DNA of 36,912 nt from a virus: IMG/VR virus record IMGVR_UViG_3300027895_000003. The stretch is one strand, 5' to 3'. The stretch's first letter is position 1; each line of letters begins with the position of its first letter. Under the pieces are notes generated by a model, which saw only the letters and a list, made by a program, of their open reading frames with translations, searched no databases and was not told the origin of the DNA. Both the position numbers and the translations under genes were made by a program. Shown piece by piece: positions 1-7,231 of this stretch.

Positions 1-127
1 ACGTACTGCCCCCAATCTCTGTCACTCGAGGGCCATGTGTAGATGGTGAGGGGTCCGGTCGCATCGGGCTCGAACTTGATGGCGCCGTTGTGGTCGTAGA
101 CGATGCCTCGTTGTCCGTTCTTGGGCT
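1..127. repeat. Terminal direct repeat, copy 1 (identical to 36786..36912); assembly overlap of a circular or circularly permuted genome
   Basis: Base-by-base comparison of the window start and end gives an exact 127-nt match. The terL reading frame is continuous across the junction. Confidence 0.95.
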
Positions 128-1022
128 CGTAGCACTCTCCTAGCTTGACCAGGGGGAAGACGTGGTGGCCGGTGGACAGAAACGCCTCTTCGGGGTTGAT
201 CGGGTACTCCTGGTGGAACTGGTTGATATCTCCCATGCACAGGTTGTCGATGGCGAAGCGCCGCCAGGCGAGCTGGGCCAAGGAGAGCCCGTGGACGGCC
301 ACGAGGTCGCGCTCTTCCTCCATGAGGTCCTGCTCGCGCAATGTGGTGTTCGGGATGGAGTATTCCTCCTGGTCGGTCCAGGGGAAGAAGAGCGGGACGA
401 AGTTGGACTCCTTGTGGACCGCCCTCTGCCACTCGTCGTGGAACCAGTTCCCGACCCCGTTCGCGGTGGATTCGAGCACCATGACCGTCCCGTGCTTGTA
501 GGGCACCGATTGGTTCAACCCCGTCATCAGTCGCTCAGGCTCCTCCCAGAAAGCGCACTCCGAGCAGTGCACGGCGTGGTAGGTGAAGCTGCGCCCTGAG
601 CCGGCGTTCTTGGCCGTGGCCACCGACATCGAAGAGCGGTTCTCCTGCCAGCCCAGCGTCTTCATCGAGTTGTGCTTCTCTGAGAATCCGGGCCGGAACG
701 GCCACTCCTCCCACATCAGCTTGGTCATGTCGAAGAGGTGCTGGCTGGCCTTGGTCTCGTGCGCAATCACCAGGGACCGGGTGCCTGGATGAAGGAAGCA
801 CCAGTTGAACAGCACCCCTTCCACGGCCGTGGACATGCCCATCTGGCGCGCCTTGAGCGTGATGATCCGAACCGGGAGCCCGAGGTTGTACTGGCGCTCG
901 ATCTCCTTGCACAGGGCCAAGGGCGCAGGCCAGGCGGGGTCAGAGAGGTTGATGGGCTCGACCGAGAGATCCTTCTTCTGGATCGTCAGCTGCTCCATGA
1001 AGGGCTTGAGGGACAGGGGCAT
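1..1022 (-). CDS. terL: Terminase large subunit, N-terminal (ATPase) part; continues across the circular junction into 36206..36785
   Basis: My own translation from ATG 1022 gives MPLSLKPF..ITLKARQMGMSTAVEGV (Walker-A-like KARQxGxST). It also gives ..TYHAVHCSECAFW (Walker-B-like) and ..EYPINPEEAFLSTG. The frame is open to the window edge and in frame with the 36206..36784 ORF. Combined length is 533 aa. This ORF is not in the ORF track because it runs off the edge. Confidence 0.9.
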   Translation of the reverse strand, partial: MPLSLKPFMEQLTIQKKDLSVEPINLSDPAWPAPLALCKEIERQYNLGLPVRIITLKARQMGMSTAVEGVLFNWCFLHPGTRSLVIAHETKASQHLFDMTKLMWEEWPFRPGFSEKHNSMKTLGWQENRSSMSVATAKNAGSGRSFTYHAVHCSECAFWEEPERLMTGLNQSVPYKHGTVMVLESTANGVGNWFHDEWQRAVHKESNFVPLFFPWTDQEEYSIPNTTLREQDLMEEERDLVAVHGLSLAQLAWRRFAIDNLCMGDINQFHQEYPINPEEAFLSTGHHVFPLVKLGECYEPKNGQRGIVYDHNGAIKFEPDATGPLTIYTWPSSDRDWGQY

Positions 1023-1056
1023 GTTCCACAGGGAACACTCAGGCTCTAGCTGAGGT

Positions 1057-1443
1057 TCACCCCTCCGACTCGTAGATGGCGGGCGAGAGGTCGGCCGTCA
1101 TGGCCTCGAGAGCTTCGCGCACCTTGGCGGACTGCTCGGGGCTGGACTTGCCGGCCAGGCCGATGGAGCGGGCCAGCACGAGCTGGATGAAGCGGGCCTT
1201 GTTCGCCGGCGTGCCGTGGTGGATCTGGTTGACCGCCTCCTCGTAGGCCTCCCACTGCAACCAGGCCATCGCCTCGTTGATCTCGTCGGTCCCGTAGCGC
1301 TCGGCGTGCATGAGGTCGAGAGCGCCTTTCACGTACTCCACGTCGAGCGAGAGGGCGTTCGCCACGGCGGTCGGTGGCACACCGACGCTCAAGAAGGCGT
1401 AGATCACCTCTGAGCGCTGTTCTTGGGTCAGGTCCAGGTTCAC
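1057..1443 (-). CDS. Putative small terminase subunit / HTH DNA-binding protein (128 aa)
   Basis: It lies immediately upstream of terL. The N-terminal segment is HTH-like (QRSEVIYAFLSVGVPPTAVANALSLDVEYV). Its GTG start overlaps the upstream stop (GTGA). The assignment rests on position and size only. Confidence 0.5.
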   Translation of the reverse strand: MNLDLTQEQRSEVIYAFLSVGVPPTAVANALSLDVEYVKGALDLMHAERYGTDEINEAMAWLQWEAYEEAVNQIHHGTPANKARFIQLVLARSIGLAGKSSPEQSAKVREALEAMTADLSPAIYESEG

Positions 1444-1726
1444 TTGATGCGGCCCCCCACGGCGCTCACAGAGGCCTCTAGGAGCAATCCAGAGGTGTGA
1501 CCGAGCCTGAGGACCTGTTCCTGGCTCTCGTAGGGCACGATCACCTTGAGCGTGACGGTGCCGTTGGGGTTGATGACGAGCTGGGGGGCCTCGAACTGGA
1601 ACTTGGTCCCGTCGAAGCTCGGTGCCTCGGACTTGCGTCTCGGACGGGTCTCGGGCTTGGGCTTGTCGCGGTGGATGCGGGTGGTGGTCTTGGGGTTGGC
1701 GAGGTAGCGGGCTACGCGGGCCCCGT
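1440..1726 (-). CDS. Start-less coding segment in the -1 frame relative to 1712..2104; probable frameshift extension (about 90 aa, ..ARYLANPKTTTRIH..GTVTLKVIVPYESQEQV..)
   Basis: GC3 is very high from about 1726 down to the stop at 1440. The only in-frame ATG/GTG/TTG upstream of the last 34 codons is ATG 2108, and the intervening ~125 codons of that frame have low GC3. A GGGG run (plus-strand CCCC, 1721..1724) sits two codons before the zero-frame stop. Confidence 0.55.
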
Positions 1727-2104
1727 CATCACCTGTCCCGGCACTATCTGGGGCACCATCGGGTTGGTCCTCGGGCTCTGGCCGCTCAGCGTCCCGTGGC
1801 TGTCCAGGAACTCGTTGTACTCCCTCATCAGATCCTCGTCGATGGGTAGCGTGCCGAACTCGGCTTCGGGCTCGTGCCAGGGTTCTGGCCTCAGCGGCTG
1901 CAACGTCGTCTCGGTCGGCGCTAGGGAGTCCGGCACGCCCAAGAGTGTCCTGGTCAACGAGGTGTAATCCCTCATTGTCTCCCGGCTCGTCTCTTGGCAG
2001 GCCGCCAACTGTGACCGCAAATCCCTCCTGATCCAGTTCATAGCCACTAGCAGCGAGATTATGACTGAGATCATCGGGATCGTAGTAAGGATCGTGCGTT
2101 TCAT
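1712..2104 (-). CDS. Membrane-anchored hypothetical protein (130 aa), zero frame of a recoding/dual-coding locus
   Basis: ATG at 2104. Third-codon-position GC is very high (about 85% by my count), whereas the overlapping 2108 frame is low. There is an N-terminal TM segment, ILTTIPMISVIISLLVAMNWI. Confidence 0.7.
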   Translation of the reverse strand: MKRTILTTIPMISVIISLLVAMNWIRRDLRSQLAACQETSRETMRDYTSLTRTLLGVPDSLAPTETTLQPLRPEPWHEPEAEFGTLPIDEDLMREYNEFLDSHGTLSGQSPRTNPMVPQIVPGQVMTGPA

Positions 2105-2140
2105 CCATGTGACCTGGACTTTCCTGGGGGGTTTCTACAA

Positions 2141-2179
2141 ATACTACCGCTCGATTTTCTCAATACAAGTGTACTTGTA
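2141..2179 (-). promoter_or_regulatory. Candidate promoter (-35 TTGTAT, 16-nt spacer, -10 TAGTAT) with overlapping palindromic operator TACAAGT-GT-ACTTGTA
   Basis: Read on the minus strand: -10 at 2141..2146, -35 at 2163..2168, inverted repeat at 2164..2179. It lies in the lowest-GC part of the 2109..2442 intergenic region, upstream of ATG 2104. Confidence 0.35.
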
Positions 2180-2442
2180 CCCGATCTGACACCCATTTTC
2201 AAAGGATGCCTCAGACCTACACGTGCGTGTCGAGCGTCCAAATGGGATCGAACGAGCCCACATGAACGAACCGTTGGCCGTGACGGATGGTCGATCAGCG
2301 CGCGCCCCGGCGCGGCCCATCCGGGGGAGTGGGGAGCGGAGCGGAGGGAGCGAGGCTCGCTCCGTTGTCCATGCGTTGCTTGATGGCGTGGCTGTCGTGG
2401 TGTCACGCTGTGGTCACACGAACGAACGATTGGAGCACAGTC

Positions 2443-2826
2443 ATGCCGATGTCAGTGAAGGCCTTTGGTGCAGCGAACGACATACTGGCTGGTCGTGGCA
2501 GCGTGACCGTGGACGTAGCGCTAGCTGCTGTAGCCGGATCAGCCGGCATCGTGGCACTCGCCAAGCGGATCAAGCTGTGGGACAAGCTCGACGCGGTGGA
2601 GCAGGCCGAAGCCGAGGCGCTCGACGCCGACGCACCGCGTGGTTGGTGGAGAGCGGTTCAGGACAGCCTCAGCTCGACGATGTTCCTCGGTCGCCATGTG
2701 TCGTGGCGGCACGGTCAGCGCGATCTGGCGCACGGCAGGAGCGGCTACAGCGCTGGTCTCAACGAGCAAGGTGAGCTGGTCGTCACCACGCCTGTTCTCG
2801 ACGAGGAGAGCGGAACGCTCGTCTAA
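2443..2826 (+). CDS. Hypothetical membrane protein (127 aa); the only convincing plus-strand protein gene
   Basis: ATG 2443 has GGAG 7 nt upstream. GC3 is moderately high. There is one TM-like segment (VDVALAAVAGSAGIVALA). Its TAA stop (2824..2826) overlaps the TAG stop (2823..2825) of the convergent minus-strand gene. Confidence 0.6.
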   Translation: MPMSVKAFGAANDILAGRGSVTVDVALAAVAGSAGIVALAKRIKLWDKLDAVEQAEAEALDADAPRGWWRAVQDSLSSTMFLGRHVSWRHGQRDLAHGRSGYSAGLNEQGELVVTTPVLDEESGTLV

Positions 2827-2969
2827 CGGCGCTTGTGCTTGCGTCCCGGTCGACGCCTGGCGTTGGACAACGCAGCAGCAACGGCTTGCTTCTGGGAATG
2901 GCCTGAGTCGACCATCTCGCGGATGTTGTTGCTCACCGTCTTGCGTGAGCTGCCCGGTGAGAGCGGCAT
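2823..2969 (-). CDS. Small basic protein (48 aa): MPLSPGSSRKTVSNNIREMVDSGHSQKQAVAAALSNARRRPGRKHKRR
   Basis: The ATG shares its A with the upstream TGA (TGATG). The ..KQAVAAALSNARR.. motif resembles a small basic protein family I recall (DUF6496-like), but this is unverified. The C-terminal tail is polybasic. Confidence 0.6.
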   Translation of the reverse strand: MPLSPGSSRKTVSNNIREMVDSGHSQKQAVAAALSNARRRPGRKHKRR

Positions 2970-3295
2970 CAGATCGGTCGCTCGGTGACTGGGAACGTCG
3001 TGGCGTTGACCACTTCGACCGCTCCGGTGCCCACCCATTCGACTGTCCACGTGCCCCACTTCGCCGTGGTGTCGAGCGTGACGCTGTAGAAGCCGGTCGA
3101 GATGCGACTGATCGAGCCTGAGACGCCGTATTGCCAGACCACCGGGGCCACGCCTGAGTTCAGCACCTCGTACTTGAAGAAGATCGTGGTCGGGTCGACG
3201 AGTGTCGACGTGCCCGGTGGGCTGTAGAACAGGCCGACGCAAGTGACCGCGGTGCCGTCGTAGGTGGGGCTCGGAAGCGAGTTGGTGATCGTCAT
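2969..3295 (-). CDS. Hypothetical beta-rich virion/fibre-associated protein (108 aa)
   Basis: High-GC3 ORF coupled to the upstream GH16-like gene by an ATGA overlap. Composition is typical of Ig-like/beta-sandwich phage proteins. Confidence 0.6.
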   Translation of the reverse strand: MTITNSLPSPTYDGTAVTCVGLFYSPPGTSTLVDPTTIFFKYEVLNSGVAPVVWQYGVSGSISRISTGFYSVTLDTTAKWGTWTVEWVGTGAVEVVNATTFPVTERPI

Positions 3296-4548
3296 GAGAG
3301 CTGAATCCTTATCTGTGGCGACTCGAGGCCGATGTCACACGTTCCCGCCGTGCCCGGCTCGCGCAGGGTCAACGTCATCGAGCCACCGAACGTGAACGCG
3401 GTGGTGAGCGAGACCTCGTTGCTCGCCACTTCCATTGCGCCACTCAGGTTGAACGCGGCCATGATGTTGACCGTCGACCCGCCGATGGTCGACGCCATCG
3501 CGCCGTTGAGCGCGAATGCGCTGGTCAAACCCTGTGGCGTGGCGTTGACCGTGTTCGTCATGGCCCAGCCGATGGCGAAGCTCGACGAGACGGACGTGAC
3601 CGGTGAGTAGCTGTACGCCTGGATCTCGGCTACGTCCAAAGCTCCAGCGTAGGACCCATAACCACCGGTTCCTGGTCCCGATCCCTGCTCGCAGCCCGTC
3701 CACGCGTAGCCCGACGCACTCGAGTCCCACATCTCGACGTGGCAGATGATGATGTAGGGCTGCGCGGTGATCCCGCCCGAAATGGCTGAGCTGAGAATGT
3801 GCCAACGCTGCACGCCGTTGACGTAGCCCGAGATGTGGCTGCCCGGCACCCACTCGAAGCCGAACACGTTGAAGGTGGCTGTGAAGTCGGTCGGGCTCAG
3901 GTTCGGGAACGTCTGGTTTGTGTAGGTGCCGGCATTGTCCTGGTATGCAGTACCGAGCGGGTAGTTCACGCACGTGGTCGTCGTGGCTCCGACCTGCTTG
4001 GACAAGGTTGGTTGCACGAAGTCCATCTCGTTGTTCGCGCCACCTGACGCCGGCAGGAACCACAGCGTCGAGTTGATCCCGTTCTGAATATTGGTCGAAA
4101 GTTTCAAGTTGCCTTGCACGTACCAACCGGCTTCTGGAAGCACAAAACTGGCCGTGGAGACGCTGTTCATGACGCTCGGCATCCGCGCGCTGGTGATCGA
4201 GCCCGAGGCGTACTGGTAATAGCCCGCCGTCGTGCCGTTGCCCCACAGGCCGTTCGGTTCGCACACGATGGTCAATCCGTCGTTGACCTGGAGATATTCT
4301 GGATGCCAGAGGTTGCACGTGACGCCGTTGAACGTGCCGGCGCTGCCCTTGAGGTTGGGGCCCGTGTACGGGCTGGGCAACGTGCCGCCGAAGGTGCCAC
4401 CGCTGTTGTTGTAGACCGATCCGCCGGCGCCCATCATCGGGCACCATTTCGTGGTGTCCAGTGATGTGGTCAAGAACTGGTCGTCGTAGATCAGCTGGCC
4501 GGAGTTGTAGCCGGCCGGCGGGGGCATCTGCGCTTGGCCGAACCCCAC
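3292..4548 (-). CDS. Tail fibre/receptor-binding protein with a GH16-like (ConA-like glucanase fold) domain and a C-terminal triple repeat (418 aa)
   Basis: Motifs DDQFLTTSLDTTKW, LWFLPA and EMDFVQ (4012..4029) match the GH16 pattern DxF..LD..W / WPAxW / ExDxxE, except that the last E is Q. The C-terminus carries three xxAFxLxGAM-type repeats. Confidence 0.6.
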   Translation of the reverse strand: MGFGQAQMPPPAGYNSGQLIYDDQFLTTSLDTTKWCPMMGAGGSVYNNSGGTFGGTLPSPYTGPNLKGSAGTFNGVTCNLWHPEYLQVNDGLTIVCEPNGLWGNGTTAGYYQYASGSITSARMPSVMNSVSTASFVLPEAGWYVQGNLKLSTNIQNGINSTLWFLPASGGANNEMDFVQPTLSKQVGATTTTCVNYPLGTAYQDNAGTYTNQTFPNLSPTDFTATFNVFGFEWVPGSHISGYVNGVQRWHILSSAISGGITAQPYIIICHVEMWDSSASGYAWTGCEQGSGPGTGGYGSYAGALDVAEIQAYSYSPVTSVSSSFAIGWAMTNTVNATPQGLTSAFALNGAMASTIGGSTVNIMAAFNLSGAMEVASNEVSLTTAFTFGGSMTLTLREPGTAGTCDIGLESPQIRIQLS

Positions 4549-4550
4549 GG

Positions 4551-4643
4551 CTAGTCCTCGTCTGGCGCGTCTGCGAACAGCTCGAAGTCGGTGCTCAGCT
4601 GGATAACGACCGGTTCGGGCTGCTCTTCTTCTTCCTCGCTCAC
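4551..4643 (-). CDS. Acidic micro-ORF (30 aa): VSEEEEEQPEPVVIQLSTDFELFADAPDED
   Basis: The GTG start overlaps the upstream TGA (GTGA). Its stop lies 2 nt before the GTG start of the next gene. GC3 is about 73%. It is below the ORF-track cutoff. Confidence 0.45.
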   Translation of the reverse strand: MSEEEEEQPEPVVIQLSTDFELFADAPDED

Positions 4644-5395
4644 GTCGCCGTCACCGTCAACGCGCCGCTGGCGTAGCTGAGCGTCACGCCTGACGCGTTC
4701 ACCGCCACCGGTGTCCCGAGTGGTCCGAACGTGATGACGTTGCCGCCCGCCAGTGTCGGAGAGTCGCTGAGAAACGCTGTGACCAGGTTCGTTGCACCGC
4801 TCGACCATGCTGCAGTGGAGGCCGGGAAGCTGAACACACCGCCCGAGGTCATGACCGATGGTGACGCGGCGCTGGGCAGTGGGAAGTTGGCCTGGTTGTT
4901 CGGCACCGCGATGCGTGCGTAGCCACCGGTCGACGACGGCTCGGCTGCCAGCACACTCGCTTGTGTGCCCCCTGAGGTCGCCTGTGTGCTCAGCCCGATG
5001 TAGATCGTGTTCAGCTGCCACGAAGGTGCTGCGGTGGTCGTACCGGCCGCGCTAGCGCCCCCTCCGAGGAAGATGAAGTCACCGACCGCACGCGCCAGAC
5101 CCACCGACTGGCTAGCAATGGTCAGCGCGGTAGCCGCCGAGCCGGTCAGCTTGAACGTGGCCGGGTTGGTGTACTGGTTCTGCGTCCCACCCGATCCCGG
5201 CGTGCCGATCCAGACGATGGCGGTCGTCGCCGGTGTCTGGTCCATGTTGCCGCTGGCTCCGCCGGTCGCAATGGAGCCGGTGTTGATGGCCGTCTGGGCC
5301 GTTGCACCAGCGCTGATGGCGGTGCGGACGCAGCCGCAACAATTGCCGAACAACCCGGCGAGAATCGCCTGCTCGGAGTACTGGGCGAAGGGCAT
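4640..5395 (-). CDS. Tail fibre-like protein (251 aa)
   Basis: ATG 5395 (MPFAQYSEQAILAGLFGN..) lies 5 nt after the upstream stop. The N-terminus and the ..IYIGLST....GGYARIAV.. pattern resemble phage fibre proteins I recall. It is rich in T/S/G/A. Confidence 0.55.
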   Translation of the reverse strand: MPFAQYSEQAILAGLFGNCCGCVRTAISAGATAQTAINTGSIATGGASGNMDQTPATTAIVWIGTPGSGGTQNQYTNPATFKLTGSAATALTIASQSVGLARAVGDFIFLGGGASAAGTTTAAPSWQLNTIYIGLSTQATSGGTQASVLAAEPSSTGGYARIAVPNNQANFPLPSAASPSVMTSGGVFSFPASTAAWSSGATNLVTAFLSDSPTLAGGNVITFGPLGTPVAVNASGVTLSYASGALTVTAT

Positions 5396-5400
5396 GGTGC

Positions 5401-5598
5401 CTACTTTCTCTTCGATCCTCGGTGGTGCCATTTCTTCGCATTCTTGGCGAAGTTGGCCCGCTGCTTCTCCTTCTTCGACGCCTTGGGGTTGTTGAGCACG
5501 CTGGTCGCGTGCTTCTGCACGCTCTGACCAGCCTTCTTGGCCGATGCGGTGAACTTGCCGCGGTTGGCTGGGTCGATGTGGATGCCTGAGGCTGCCAT
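5401..5598 (-). CDS. Small basic protein (65 aa): MAASGIHIDPANRGKFTASAKKAGQSVQKHATSVLNNPKASKKEKQRANFAKNAKKWHHRGSKRK
   Basis: TGATG coupling to the upstream gene. It is strongly Lys-rich with a polybasic C-terminus. Confidence 0.6.
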   Translation of the reverse strand: MAASGIHIDPANRGKFTASAKKAGQSVQKHATSVLNNPKASKKEKQRANFAKNAKKWHHRGSKRK

Positions 5599-6014
5599 CA
5601 GTGAACTCCTATCGCTATGACGGCTCCGAGGCTGGTCAGGATGGCTAAAGCAGCGATGACCGTGGTCACGATCCACTGGCCACTTTGGCGGCCAGTGGCA
5701 CTCAGCTCGCGCATGGCCGATCCCAGCTCGTCCTTGGTGACGTAGAGGTTGCGCTCGGCGTTGATCTGCTCACGCAGCTCGTTGGCCTTCTCGTCCTTGT
5801 AGGTCTGGATCTCTCGGGCCAGGCCGAGAGCAGCCAGGTCGGCTGTCTCTTTGATCTTGAGCGCCTTCTCACGCTCGGTGTTGACCTCGGAGTAGCGGCG
5901 ATCACGCTCTTGCTCAAAACGTAGATCGGCTCCACGTAAGGCGGCGTAGTGGGCCTGGAGGGTGTCCATCGTCCACCCGCTGACACCGTTGACCACCCCC
6001 GTGTCTTCGTCCAC
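5598..6014 (-). CDS. Coiled-coil protein with a C-terminal TM anchor (138 aa); lysis-associated (spanin/holin-accessory-like)
   Basis: The central region is charged and helical (EQERDRRYSEVNTEREKALKIKE..). The C-terminal TM is WIVTTVIAALAILTSLGAVIAIGV. It lies directly downstream of the holin. Confidence 0.5.
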   Translation of the reverse strand: MDEDTGVVNGVSGWTMDTLQAHYAALRGADLRFEQERDRRYSEVNTEREKALKIKETADLAALGLAREIQTYKDEKANELREQINAERNLYVTKDELGSAMRELSATGRQSGQWIVTTVIAALAILTSLGAVIAIGVH

Positions 6015-6015
6015 A

Positions 6016-6222
6016 TTAGGCAGGCGGTGTTGTAGTGGTCGAGGTCAAGCCAGCGCCGAGCGTGGTGGCGCCTGATCCGAGCAGGATGCCGCCGACACCC
6101 ACAATGCCGGTCAGGGCTTGGGTGCCGGTGATCGTGCCCACAGCCCCGAGGCCGGCCAGCGCCCCGATGATCGCCAATCCGATGACCGCGTGGACGATGA
6201 GGGCGAGATTGGAGGATGTCAT
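6016..6222 (-). CDS. Holin (68 aa, two predicted TM segments)
   Basis: LALIVHAVIGLAIIGALAGLGAV and GIVGVGGILLGSGATTLGAGL are hydrophobic segments. An ATGA overlap joins it to the endolysin gene. Confidence 0.65.
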   Translation of the reverse strand: MTSSNLALIVHAVIGLAIIGALAGLGAVGTITGTQALTGIVGVGGILLGSGATTLGAGLTSTTTTPPA

Positions 6223-6866
6223 GCCGTCGGAATCGAGTTGAGCAGCGTGTCGGTCAGCTGCACACCCTTGTAGAGCCCGGTGGCGAGCAGGGCGTTGGCG
6301 TCAGCCGCGTCGGGCATCCCGGTCTTCGAGCTCAGGTCAGTGGCGATGATGAAGCCGGTGCCGGCTGAGTCGGTGGCGTACAGGGGCATTTCTTCCTCCT
6401 CTGGTGGGCTGGGGGCTGGGTCCACGCCGGGCCAGTAGTCAGCGACTACCGACTCGTCGTAGGGCCCGCGGTCGATCCACTGATGGGCTATCGCACCAGG
6501 GTAGAGCACGGGTCCTGGTCCTGGATAGGCCGCGATCCAGTACTGGGGCTGGGCGACGCCCCACGTCTGGAACGAGCGCTGCACGGTCGGCCACGCCGAA
6601 GCCGAGCAGTAGATCGTGGGCGTGATACCGGCCTTGCGCCGCATGACCACCCAGTTGACGCTGGTCTGGGGCGTCATGTCGCCGTTCTCGCAGTCTCCGA
6701 CCGTGCCTGCGTTGGTGGTCGAGAACACCGCGATGCCAACCGTCTTGCCGGGGTACATCGCCGCGATCTGGTTGTAGTTGGCGTAGCGCCCGTCCACGTA
6801 GCCCGCGTAGAGGTCGAAGCCTGCGGGCAGGTTGGCCGCGGTCACCGAGTCGGCCATGCGCCTCAT
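6219..6866 (-). CDS. Putative endolysin, GH25/DUF1906-like glycosidase fold with a C-terminal domain (215 aa)
   Basis: The ATG 6866 start overlaps the upstream stop (ATGA). Motifs YAGYVDG, GDCENGD, TIYCSASAW, QYWIAAY and AHQW resemble muramidase-like lysins from recall. It is adjacent to the holin. Confidence 0.55.
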   Translation of the reverse strand: MRRMADSVTAANLPAGFDLYAGYVDGRYANYNQIAAMYPGKTVGIAVFSTTNAGTVGDCENGDMTPQTSVNWVVMRRKAGITPTIYCSASAWPTVQRSFQTWGVAQPQYWIAAYPGPGPVLYPGAIAHQWIDRGPYDESVVADYWPGVDPAPSPPEEEEMPLYATDSAGTGFIIATDLSSKTGMPDAADANALLATGLYKGVQLTDTLLNSIPTA

Positions 6867-7210
6867 GAGAAGATGATGCTCGTCGGTAGTGTCGTCGCCG
6901 ACGCCGCATTGAGCACGAAGCCCGATGGCGGCGAGGCGGGCCAGTTCAGCTCGGTGACCTGGCTCGGGTCGATGGTCAAGCCCTGGTCGGTCGAGATGCC
7001 CTTGAGGATCAGGGCCACCGTGTTCGACGGGTTGGGCACGATGAGCGTCCAGGCACACCACGTCGGCACGGCGATGAAGTTGTCGCCCGAGTTGAGCGTG
7101 ATGTTGGTGATGGCGTAGTTGCCGAAGGTGTTGGGGACCAGTTGGTACGGCCCGATGTAGTCCGTCCCTGCCGCGGTCCCGGTCAGCTGTCCGACGATGT
7201 TGACGGGCAT
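6863..7210 (-). CDS. Hypothetical beta-rich structural protein (115 aa)
   Basis: High-GC3 ORF with AAGGTAGG upstream of ATG 7210. Confidence 0.55.
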   Translation of the reverse strand: MPVNIVGQLTGTAAGTDYIGPYQLVPNTFGNYAITNITLNSGDNFIAVPTWCAWTLIVPNPSNTVALILKGISTDQGLTIDPSQVTELNWPASPPSGFVLNAASATTLPTSIIFS

Positions 7211-7231
7211 TTGCCTAACCTACCTTGCGCA

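Noticed and set aside
1440-2108. Taking the 222-aa track ORF at face value as one ordinary gene
   Set aside because: Its first ~125 codons have low GC3 and GAT-dominated Asp usage, unlike every confident gene here. The overlapping 2104 frame has the genomic codon signature. It is reported instead as a recoding/dual-coding locus.
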